Source: the human T2T-CHM13v2.0 reference genome, Homo sapiens | Reading direction: 5' to 3' | Length of the DNA: 64,000 bases | Assembly: GCA_009914755.4 (NCBI GenBank) | Contig: CP068257.2 | Span: 6,816,001-6,880,000, forward strand | Part shown: one piece after another, positions 14,601 to 26,300 of the stretch | Position numbering within the stretch: the first letter of the stretch is position 1 | How the letters are laid out: each line of letters starts with the position of its first letter | The notes under the pieces: model-generated | Told to the model about the DNA's origin: nothing | Seen by the model: the letters and a program-made list of their open reading frames with translations, nothing else | The model's database searches: none | Translations under genes and position numbers: made by a program

Positions 14601-16480
14601 ATCAACTTTGGTGGAATGGTATGGAATGGAATGGAAAGGAATGGAATGGAATGGAATAAAAGGGCATGGAATGGAATGGAATCAACCCGAATGGAATGGA
14701 ACGGAATGGAGTAGAATGGTATAGAATGGAATGGAATGGAAAGGAATCAACCTGAAGGGTATGGAATGGAATGGAATGGAATGGAATTGAATTGAATGGA
14801 ATGGAATGGAATGGAATCAACCAGAGGGGAATGCAATGAAATGAAATGGAATGGAATGGAACGGAAAGCAACGGAACGGAACGGAATTGAATGGAATGGA
14901 ATGAACCCGAGTGGAAAGGAATGGAATGGAATGGAATGGAATGGAATGGAATAACATGCAATCAACTTTGGTGGAATGGTATGGAATGGAATGGAATGGA
15001 ATGGAATCGAATGGAATGGAATCAACCCGAGTGGAATGCAATGGAATGAAAAGGAATGGAATGGAACGGAACGGAACGGAACGGAACGGAATGGAATGGA
15101 ATGGAATCAACCCGAGGGGAAAAGAATGGAATGGAATGGAATGGAATGGAATGGAATGGAATGGAATGGAATGGAATAAAAGGGCATGGAATGGAATGGA
15201 ATCATCCCGAGGGGAATGGAATGGAATGGAATGGAATGGAATGGAATGAAACGGAAATAAATCAAACCGAGTGGAATTTAATGTAATATAATGTAATGGA
15301 ATGGAATGGAAACAGTGCAATGCAATGATATCAACTGGAATGGAATGCATTGGAATGGAATGGAATGGAATCACCCTGAGTGGAAAGGAATAGAATGGAA
15401 TGGAAAGGAATGTAATGGAATGGAAACTAATGGAACGGAATGGAAACCACCAGAGTGGAATGGAATGCAATGGAATGGAATCGAATGGAATGGAATGGAA
15501 TGGAATGGAATGGAATGGAATGGAATGGAATACAACAAAATGGAAACAACCCGAGTGGAATGGCATGGAATGAAAAGGATTGAATATAATGGAATGGATT
15601 GGAATCAACCCGATTAGAAACTAATGGAATGGAATGGAATGGAATGGAATGGAATGGAATCTAACCTAGTGGAATGGAAAGGAATGGAATTTAAAGAAAT
15701 GAAATGGAATGGAATGGAACAGAATTGAATGGAATGGAATGGAATGGAATCTACCCGAGTGAAATGGAATGGAATGGAATTTAATGGAATGGAATGGTAT
15801 AGAATGTAATGGAATCAACCCCAGTGGAATGGTATAGAATGTAATGGAATGGAATGGAATGGAATAAAATGGAATGGAATGGAAACAACCCGAGTAGAAT
15901 GGAATGGAATAACCGGAGAGGAATGGAATGGAATGGAGTGGAATGGAATGGAATAGAATGGAATAGAAAGGAATGGAATAGAATGAAATTGAAAGGAATG
16001 GAATGGAAACCACCCGAGTGGAATGGAATGGAATGGAATGGAATGCAATGGAATCAACCTGAGTGGAATGGAAAGGAATGGAATGGAACGGAATATAATG
16101 GAATGGAATGGAAACATCCCGAGTGGAATGGAATGGTATGGAATGCAATTGAATGGTATGGAACAGAACGGAATGAAATGGAATGCAATAGATTGATTGC
16201 GAGTGGAATTGAATGGAATGGAATGGATTGGAATGGAATGGAAAGGATTGGAGTGGAATGGAATGGAATCAACAAGAATGGAATGGAAAGGAATGGAATG
16301 GAATGGAATGGAATGGAATGGAATGGAATGGTAAGGAACAGAATGGAAACAACCCGAGTGGAATGGAATGGAATGCACTGTAATCCACCCGAGTGGAATG
16401 GAATGTAATGGAATTGAACGGAATATAATGGAATTGAATGGAATCATCCCGAGTCGAATGGAATGGTATCTAATGCAATG
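8600..16480. repeat. HSat3 higher-order repeat copy 2 (~7.88 kb; ~75 bp longer than copy 1 through GGAAT-unit indels)
   Basis: Same evidence as copy 1. The aacatgcaatcaactttggtgg markers at 6680, 6715 and 7070 recur at 14560, 14595 and 14955. The aataaaagggcatgg markers at ~6775 and 7285 recur at ~14660 and 15180. Confidence 0.85.
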
Positions 16481-19400
16481 GAATGGAATGGAACAGAACG
16501 GAATGGAATGGAAAGAATAGATTGAATCCAAGTGGAATTGAATGGAATGAAATGGATTGGAAAGGAATGGAATGGATTCTAATGGAAAGGAGTGGATTCA
16601 ACCCGAGGGAATGTAATGGATTGGAATGGAGTGGAATGGAATGGAATGTAATCAACACGAATGGAATGGAACGGAATGGAATGGAATGGAATGGAATGCT
16701 ATGGAATGAAATAGAAAGGAACGGAATAGAATCAACCCAAATGGAATGGAATGGAATGGAATGGAATGGAATGGAAGGGAATCAACACGTGTGGAATGGA
16801 ATGGAAAGGAATGCAAAGGAATGGAATGGAATGGAATGCAATGGAATGGAATGGAATGGAATGGAATGGAATCAACCCGAGTGGAGGGGAATGGAATGGA
16901 ATGGAATCAACAAGAGTGGAGTGGAATAAAATGGAATGGAATGGGATGGAATCAACCTGAGTGGAACGGAATGGAATGGAATGGAACGGAATGGAATGGT
17001 ATCAACCAGAGTGGACTGGAATGGAATGGAATGGAATGGAATGGAATGGAATGGAACAGAATCAACCTGAGTCAAATAGAATGGAATGGAATGGAATGGA
17101 ATGCAATGGAATGGAAACTACTGGAATGTCATGGAAACAACCCGAGTGGAATGGAATGGAATGGAATGGAATGGAATGGAATGGAATGGATTGGAATGGA
17201 ATGTAAAGGAATGGAATGGAATCAACCCGACTGGAATGGAATGGAAAGGAAAGGAATGAATGGAATGGAATGGAATGGAATGGAATGGATTGGAATGGAA
17301 TGGAATGGAATAAACCAGAATGGAATGGAATGAAATGGAATGGAATGGAGTGGAATGGAATAAACACCAGTGGAATGAAATGGAATGGAAGGAAATGGAA
17401 TGGAATGGAATGGAATGGAATGGAATGGAATGGAATGGAATGAAATCAACCCGAATAGAATGGAACGGAAAGGAATGTAATGGAATAGAGTGGAATGGAA
17501 TGGAATGGAATGGAATGGAATGGAATGGAATGGATTCAACCCGAGTGGAATGGAATGGAATGGAATGCAATGGAATGGAATGGTATGGAATCAACCCTAG
17601 TGGAATGGTATGGAATGGAATGGAACGGAACGGAATGGAATTTAATCAACCCGAATGGAATGGAACGGAATGGAGTGGAATGGTACGGAATGGAATGAAA
17701 TGGAAAGGAATCAACACGAAGGGTATGGATTGTAATGCAATGGAATGGAATGGAATGGAATCAACCCGACTGGAATGCAATGGAATAAAATGGAATGGAA
17801 TGGAACGGAACGGAACGGAACGGAACGGAATTGAAAGGAATGGAATCAACCCGAGTGAAAAGGAATGGAATGGAAAGGAATGGAATGGAATGGAATGGAA
17901 TGGAATGGAATGGAATGGAGTGGAATGGAATGGAATGGAATAACATGCAATCAACTTTGGTGGCATGGTATGGAATGGAATAACATGCAATCAAATTTGG
18001 TGGAATGGTATTTAAAGAAATGGAAAAGAATGGAATGGAATGGAATAAAAGGGCATTGAAAGGAAAGGAATCAAACCGAATGGAATGGAACGGAATGGAG
18101 TGGAATGGTATGGAATGGAATGGAATGGAAAGAAATCAACCCGATGTGTATGGAATGGAATGGAATGGAATGGAACGGAATGGAATGGAATCAACACGAG
18201 TGGAATGCAATGGAATGAAATGGAATGGAATGGAACGGAACAGAACAGAATTGAATGAAATGGAATCAACACAAGTGGAAAGGAATGGAATGGAATGGAA
18301 TGCAATGGAATGCAATTGAATGGAATGGAATAACATGCAATCAACTTTGGTGGAATGGTATGGAATGGAATGGAATATAATGGAATGGAATGGAACAAAA
18401 GGGCATGGAATGGAACGGAATCAAACCGAATGGAATAGAGCGGAAGGGAGTGGAATGGTATGGAATGGAATGGAATGGAAAGGAATGAACCTGAAGGGCA
18501 TGGAATGGAATGGAATGGAATGGAAGGGAATGGAAAGGAATGGAATCAACTCGAGTGGAATGTAATGGAATGGAATGGAACGGAACGGAACGGAAAGGAA
18601 TTGAATGGAATGGAATCAACCCGAGTGGAATGGAATGGAATGGAATGCAATGGAATGGAATGGAATGCAATGGAATGGAATGGAATGGAATGGAATGGAA
18701 TGGAATGGAATGGAATGGAATAACATGCAATCAACTTTGGTGGAAAGCTATAGAATGGAATGGAATGGAATGGAATGGAATGGAATGGAATGGAATGGAA
18801 TGGAATGGAAAGGAATGGAATGGAATGGAATAAAAGGGCATGGAATGGAACAGAATCAACCCGAATGGAAAGGAACGGAAAGGAGTGGAATGGTATGGAA
18901 TGGAATGGAATAGAAAGGAATCAACCCGAAGGGTATGGAATGGAATGGAATGGAATGGAATGGAATGGAATGGAATGGAATGGAATCAACCCGAGTGGAA
19001 TGCAATGGAATGAAATGGAAGGGAATGGAATGGAATGGAACGGAACGGAACGGAATGGAACGGAACGGAATTGAATGGAATGGAATCAACCAAAGTGGAA
19101 AGGAATGGAATGGAATGGAATGGAATGGAATGGAATGGAATGGAATGCAATGGAATGGAATGGAATGGAATGCAATGGAATGGAATGGAATGCAATGGAA
19201 TGGAATGGAATGGAATGGAATGGAATGGAATGGAATGGAATGGAATAGCATGCAATCAACTTTGGTGGAATGGCATGGAATGGAATGGAATGGAATGGAA
19301 TGGAATGGAATAAAAGGGCATGGAATGGAATGGAATCAACCCGAGAGGAATGGAATGAAATGGAATGGAATGGAATGGAATGGAAATCAGTCAAACCGAG

Positions 19401-20700
19401 TGGAATGTAATGTAATGGAATGGAATGGAAACAGTGCAAAGCAATGCTATCAAAGGGAATGGAATGCATTGGAATGGAATGGAATGGAATCACCCTGAGT
19501 AGAAAGGAATGGAATGGAATGGAATGGAACGGATGGAATGGAATGGAAACTAATGGAATGGAATGGAAACAACCCGAGTGGAATGGAATGCAATGGAATG
19601 GAATGGAATGGAATGGAATGGAATGGAATACAACAAAATGGAAACAACCTGAGTGGAATGGCATGGAATGGAAAGGACTTGAATATAATGGAATGGATCA
19701 GAATCAACCGGATTAGAAACTAATGGAATGGAATGGAATGGAATGGAATGGAATGGAATAGAATGGAATGGAATGGAATCTACAAAAGTGGAATGGAATG
19801 TAATGGAATTAAATGGAATGGAATAGAATGGAATGGAACGGAATGGAATGGAATGGAATGGAATGGAATGGAATGGAATGGAATGGAATCAACCCGAGTG
19901 GAATGGAATGGAAAGGAATGGAAGGGAATCAACACGAGTGGAATGGAATGGAAAGGAATGCAATGGAATGGAATGGAATGGAATGGAATGGAATGGAATG
20001 GAATGGAGTGGAATGGAATGGAATCTACCCAAGTGGAATGGAATGGAATGGAATTTAATGGAATGGAATGGAATAGAATGGTATGGAATCAACCCCAGTG
20101 GAATGGTAAAGAATGCAATGTAATGGAACGGAATGGAATGGAATAAAATGGAATGGAATGGAATGGAATGGAAACAACCCGAGTGCAATGGAATGGAATG
20201 GAATAACCGGAGAGGAATGGAATGGAATGAAGTGTAATGGAATGTAATAGAATGGAATGGAATGGAATGGAATGGAATGGAATGGAATGGAATGGAATAG
20301 AATGAAATGGAAAGGAATGGAATAGAAACAACCAGAGTGGAATGGAATGGAAAGGAATCCACCCTAGTGGAATGCAATGGAATGGAATGGAACGGAACAC
20401 AATGGAATGGAATGGAATTGTCCCGAGTGGAATGGAATGGTATGGAATGCAATAGAATGGAATGGAACAGAACGGAATGAAATGGAATGGAATAGATTGT
20501 ATGCGAGTGGAATTGAATGGAATGGAATGGATTGCAATGGAATGGAATGGATTGGAGTGGAATGGAATGGAATCAACACGAATGGAATGTAACGGAATGG
20601 AATGGAATGGAATGTAACGGAATGGAATGGAATGGAATGGAAAGGAACGGAATGGAATCAAACTTAGTGGAATGGAAGGGAATGGAATGGAATCCACCCG
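16380..20700. repeat. HSat3 shorter, more diverged higher-order copy (~4.3 kb). It lacks the ~680-bp start segment and the middle segment of the 7.8-kb copies.
   Basis: 16380-16530 is a fused joint of the X' end motif (ccacccgagtggaatggaatgtaatggaattgaacggaatataatgg...aatcatcccgagtcgaatggaatggtatctaatgcaatgg) directly followed by ...gaacagaacggaatggaatggaaagaatagattgaatccaagtgg, which in copies 1 and 2 lies ~680 bp downstream (1465-1530, 9270-9330). 16500-16750 is ~90% similar to 1500-1750. The aacatgcaatcaactttggtgg markers resume at 17945, 17980, 18335, 18725 and 19255. cccgattagaaactaatgg occurs only at 19712. Confidence 0.6.
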
Positions 20701-23700
20701 AGTGTAATGGAATGGAATGGAATGCAATGGAATTGAACGGAATATAATGGAATGGAATGCAATCATCCCGAGTGGAATGGAATGGTATATAATGCAATGG
20801 AATGAAATGGAACAGAACGGAATGGAATGGAAATAATAGATTGAATCCAAGTGGAATTGAATGGAATGGAATGGATTGGAAAGGAATGGAATGGATTGGA
20901 ATGGAAAGGAATGGATTCAACCCGAGTGGAATGTAATGGATTGGAATGGAGTGGAATGGAATGGAACGGAATGAACACGAATGTAATCGAACGGAATGGA
21001 ATGGAATGGTAAGCAATGAAATGGAAAGGAACGGAATAGAATCAAACCAAGTGGAAGGGAATGGAATGGAATGGAAGGAAATCAACACGAGTGGAATGGA
21101 ATGGAAAGGAATGCAATGGAATGGAATGGAATGGAATGGAATGGAATGGAATGGAATGGAATGGAATGGAATGGAATCTACCCGAGTGGAGTGGAATGCA
21201 ATGGAATGGAATGGAATGGAATCAACCCGAGTGGAATGGAATGGAAGAGAATGCAATAGAATGGAATGGAATGGAATGCAATGGAATGGAATGGAGTGGA
21301 ATTCAATGGAATCAAACCGAGTGGAATGGAATGGTATGGAATGCAATTAAATGGAGTGGAACAGAAGGGAATGGAATGGAATGGAATTGATTGAATCCGA
21401 GTGGAATTGAATGGAAGGGAATACATCGGAATGGAATGGAAAAGATTCAACCCGAGTGGAATGTAATGGAATGGATTGGAGTGGAATGGAGTGGAATCAC
21501 CACAAATGGAATGGAATGCAATGGAATAGAAGGGATTGGAATAGAATGGAATGGAATGGAACGGAATGGAATAGAATGGAATGTAATGGAATGGAGTAGA
21601 ATGGAATAAACACCAGTGGAATGAAATGGAATGGAATGGAATGGAATGGAATTGAATGGAATGAAATGAACCCCAGTAGAACACAACGGAATGGAATGGA
21701 ATGGAAAGGAATGGAATCAACTGGAATGGAATGAAATGGAATGGAATGGAGTGGAATGGAATGGAATGCAATGGAATCAACAAGAGTGAAATGCAATGGA
21801 ATGGAATGGAATGGAATGGAACGGAATGGAATCAACCAGAATGGAGTGAAATAAAATGGAAAGGAGTGGAATGGAATCAACCTGAGTGGAACGGAACGGA
21901 ATGGAATGGAATGCAATGGAATGGAATGGAATGGAATGGAATGGTATCAACCAGAGTGGAATGGAATGGAATGGAATGGAATGGAGCAGGAATGGAATGC
22001 AATGGAATCAACTGCAATGAAATGGAATGGAATGGAATTGATTGAATCCGAGTGGAAATAAAAGGAAGGGAGTGCATTGGAATGGAATGGAAAGGATTAA
22101 ACCCGAGTGGAATGTAATGGAATGGGGTGGAGTGGAATGGAATGGTATGGAATGGAATGGAATGGAATAGAATCAACACAAAGAGAAAGGAATGGAATGG
22201 AATGGAATAGAATGGAAAGGAACGGAATGCACTGGAATGGAATGGAATGGAATGAAATGGAATAAACCCGAATGGAATGGAATGGAATGGAATGGAATGG
22301 AATGGAATGGAATGCAATGGAATGGAATGGAATGGAATGGAATAATATGCAATCAACTTTGGTGGAATGGTATAGAATGGAATGCAATGGAATGGAATGG
22401 AATGGAATGGAATGGAATGGAATCAAACCGAGTGGAATGCAATGGAATGGAATAGAATGGAATGGAATGGAATGGAATCAACCCGAAGGAAATGGAATGG
22501 AATGGAAAGGAATGAATGCAATGGAATGGAATGGGATGGTATGGAATGCAATGGGATGGAATTGAATGGAATGGAACGGAATGGAACGGAATGGAATGGA
22601 CCTCAATGGAATGGAATGGAATGGAATGGATTGGAATGGGATGGAACGGAATTAACCCGAGTGGAATGGAATGGAATGGAATGGAACGGAATGGAATGGA
22701 ATGGAATGGACCCCAATGGAATGGAATGGAATGGAATGGAATGGAATGGAATGGAATCAACCCGAGTGGAATGTAATGGAATGGAATGCAATGAAATGGA
22801 ACGGTATGGAATCAACCCTAGTGGAATGGTGTGGAATGGAATGGAACGGAACGGAATGGAATGGAATGGAATCAACCTGAATGGAATGGAATGGAATGCA
22901 GTGGAAAGGTACGTAATGGAATGGATTGGAAAGGAATCAACTCGAAAGGTATGGAATGGAATGCAATGGAATGGAACGGAATGGAATGGAATCAACCTGA
23001 GTGGAATGCAATGGAATAAAATGGAATGGAATGGAACGGAACGGAACGGAATGGAACGGAATTGAAAGGAATGGAATCAATCCGAGTGGAAAGGAATGGA
23101 ATGGAATGGAATGGAATTTAGTGGAATGGAATGGAATGGAATAACATGCAATCAACTTTGGTGGAATAGTATGGAATGAAATAACATGCAATCAACTTTG
23201 GTGGAATGGTATGGAATGGAATGGAAAGGAATGCAATGGAATGGAATAAAAGGGCATGGAATGGAACGGAATCAACCCGAATGGAATGGAACGGAATGGA
23301 GAGGAATGGTATGGAATGGAATGGAATGGAAAGAAATCAACCCAAAGGGTATGGAACGGAACGGAATAGAATGGAATGGAATCAACCCGAGTGGAAAGGA
23401 ATGGAAAGAAATGGAATGGAATGTAATGGAATGGAATAACATGCAATCAATTTTTGTGGAATGGTATGGAATGGAATGGAATGGAATGGAATGGAATGGA
23501 ATGGAAAGGAATGGAATAAAAGGGCATGGAATGGAACGGAATCAACCCGAATGGAATGGAGAGGAATGGAGTGGAATGGTATGGAATGGAATAGAATGGA
23601 AAGGAATCAACACGGAGGGTGTGGAATGGAATGGAATGGAATGGAAAAGAATGGAATCAACACGATTGCAATGCAATGGAATGAAATATAATGGAATGGA

Positions 23701-26300
23701 ATGGAACGGAACGGAACGGAATTGAAAGGAATGGAATCAACCCGAGTGGAATGCAATGCAATGGAATGGAATGGAATGGAATGGAATGGAATGGAATAAA
23801 AGGGCATGGAATTGAATGGAATCAACCTGAGAGGAATGGAATGGAATGGAATGGAATGGAATGGAATAGAATGGAATGGAATAAAAGGGCATGGGATGGA
23901 ACAGAATCAACCCGAATGGAATGGATCGGAATGGAGTGGAACGGTATTGAATGGAATCGAAAGGAAAGGAATCAATCTGAGGGGTATGTAATGGAAAGGA
24001 ATGGAATGGAATGGAATGGAATCAGCCCGACTGGACTGCAATGGAATGAAATGGAATGGAATGGAAAGGAATGGAACGGAACGGAACAGAACCGAACAGA
24101 ATTGAATGGAATGGAATCAACCCAAGTGGAAAGGAATGGAATGGAATGGAATGGAATGGAATGGAAAGGTATGGAATGGAATAGCATGCAATCAACTTTG
24201 GTGGAATGGTATGGAATAGAATGGAATGGAATGAAATAAAAGGGCATGGAATGGAACGGAATCAAACCGAATGGAATGGAACGGAATGGAGTGGAATGGT
24301 ATGGAATGGAATGGAATGGAAAGAAATCAACCCGAAGGGTATGGAATGGAATGGAATTGAAAGGAATGGAATGGAATGGAATCAACCCGAGAGGAATGCA
24401 ATGGAATGAAATGGAATGGAATGGAACGGAACGGAACGGAATAGAATGGAATGGAATCAACCCGAGTGGAAAGGAATGGAAAGAAATGGAATGGAGTGTA
24501 ATGGAATGCAATAACATGCAATCAACTTTGGTGGAATGGTATGGAATGGAATGGAATGGAATGGAATGGAATTGAATGGAATGGAATGGAATGGAAAGGA
24601 ATGGAATAAAAGGGCATGGAATGGAACGGAATCAACCCGAATGGAATGGAGCGGAATGGAGTGGAAAGGTATGGAATGGAATGGAATGGAAAGGAATCAA
24701 CCCGAAGGGTGTGGAATGGAATGGAATGGAATGGAAAAGAATGGAATCAGCACGATTGGAATACAATGGTATGAAATGTAATGGAATGGAACGGAACGGA
24801 ATAGAACGGAATTGAAAGGAATGGAATCAACCCGAGTGGAATGGAATGAAATGCAACGGAATGGAATGGAATGGAATGGAATGGAATGGAATGGAATAAC
24901 ATGAAATCAACTTTGGTGGAATGATTGGAATGGAATGGAATGGAATGGAATGGAATGGAATGGAATGGAATAAAAGGACATGGGATGGAAAAGAATCAAC
25001 CCAAAAGGAATGCATCGGAATGGAGTGGAATGGTATTGAATGGAATCGAATGGAAAGGAATCAACCTGAAGGGTATGGAATGGAAAGGAATGGAATGGAA
25101 TGGAATGGAATGGAATCAGCCCGACTGGAATGCAATGGAATGAAATGGAATGGAATGGAAAGGAATGGAAAGGAACGGAACAGAACGGAACAGAATTGAA
25201 TGGAATGGAATCAACCCAAGTGGAAAGGAATGGAATGGAATGGAATGGAATGGAATGGAATGGAATGGAATGGAATGGAATGGAAAGGTATGGAATGGAA
25301 TAGCATGCAATCAACTTTGGTGGAATGGTATGGAATGGAATGGAATGGAATAGAATGGAAACTACTGGAATGGAATGGAAATAAACCGAGTGGAATGGAA
25401 TGCAATGGAATGGAATGGAATGGAATGGAATACAACAAAATGGAAACAACCCGAGTGGAATGGCATGGAATGGAAAGGACTTAAATATAATGGAATGGAT
25501 TGGAATAAACCCAATTAGAAACTAATGGAATGGAATGGAATGGAATGGAATGGAATCTACCCGAGTGGAATGGAATGGAATGGAATTTAATGGAATGGAA
25601 TGGAATGGAATGGAATGGAACGGAATGGAATGGAATGGAATGTACCCGAGTGGAATGGAATGGAATGGAATTTAATGGAATGGAATGGAATAGAATGGTA
25701 TGGAATCAACCCGAGTGGAATGGTATAGTATGGAATGTAATGGAACGGAATGCAATGCAATAAAATGGAATGCAATGGAATGGACACAACCCAAGTGGAA
25801 TGGAATGGAATAACCGGAGAGGAATGGAATGGAATGGAGTGGAATGGAATGGAATAGAATGGATTGGAATGGAATGGAATAGAAAGAAATGGAAAGGAAT
25901 GGAATGGAAACAACCCGAGTGGAATGGAATGGAATGGAATGGAATCAACACGAGTGGAATGGAATGGAATGGAATGGAATGGAATGGAATGGAATGGAAC
26001 GGAATATAATGGACTGGAATGGAGTCATCCCGAGTGGAATGGAATGGTATGGAATGCAATGGAATGGAATGGAACAGAACGAAATGAAATGCAATGGAAT
26101 AGATTGAATGCGAGTGGAATTGAATGGAATGGAATGGATTGGAATGGAAAGGTATGGATTGGAGAGGAATTGAATGGAATCAACACGAATGGAAAGGAAG
26201 GCAATGGAATGGAATGCAAAGGAACGGAATGGAATCATCCAGAATGGAATGGAATGGAATGGAATGAAATTGAATGGAATGGAATGGAATGGTATAGAAT
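20700..26300. repeat. HSat3 further diverged higher-order copy of ~5.6 kb (approximate extent). It starts with the same fused X'/X joint and contains a local ~1.08-kb sub-repeat at ~23.1-25.4 kb.
   Basis: 20700-20850 repeats the fused joint seen at 16380-16530. 20400-20520 and 25990-26110 resemble 8210-8320 and 16085-16210 (ggaacggaatataatgg...atagattg(attg)cgagtggaattgaatgg). The marker cccaattagaaactaatgg is at 25514. Artefact-ORF blocks at 23461-23691 and 24536-24781 are paralogous (offset ~1075 bp). aataaaagggcatgg is at 23245, 23515, 23795, 23880, 24240, 24600 and 24965. Confidence 0.5.
22500..22880. repeat. HSat3 segment with an essentially identical paralogue at 28335-28700 (offset ~5.84 kb)
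   Basis: aaaggaatgaatgcaatggaatggaatgggatggtatggaatgcaatgggatggaattgaatgg...ggaatggacctcaatgg...ggaacggaattaacccgagtggaatgg reads identically at both sites. The artefact ORFs 22382-23065 and 28071-28595/28495-29055 share long identical peptide stretches. Confidence 0.8.
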
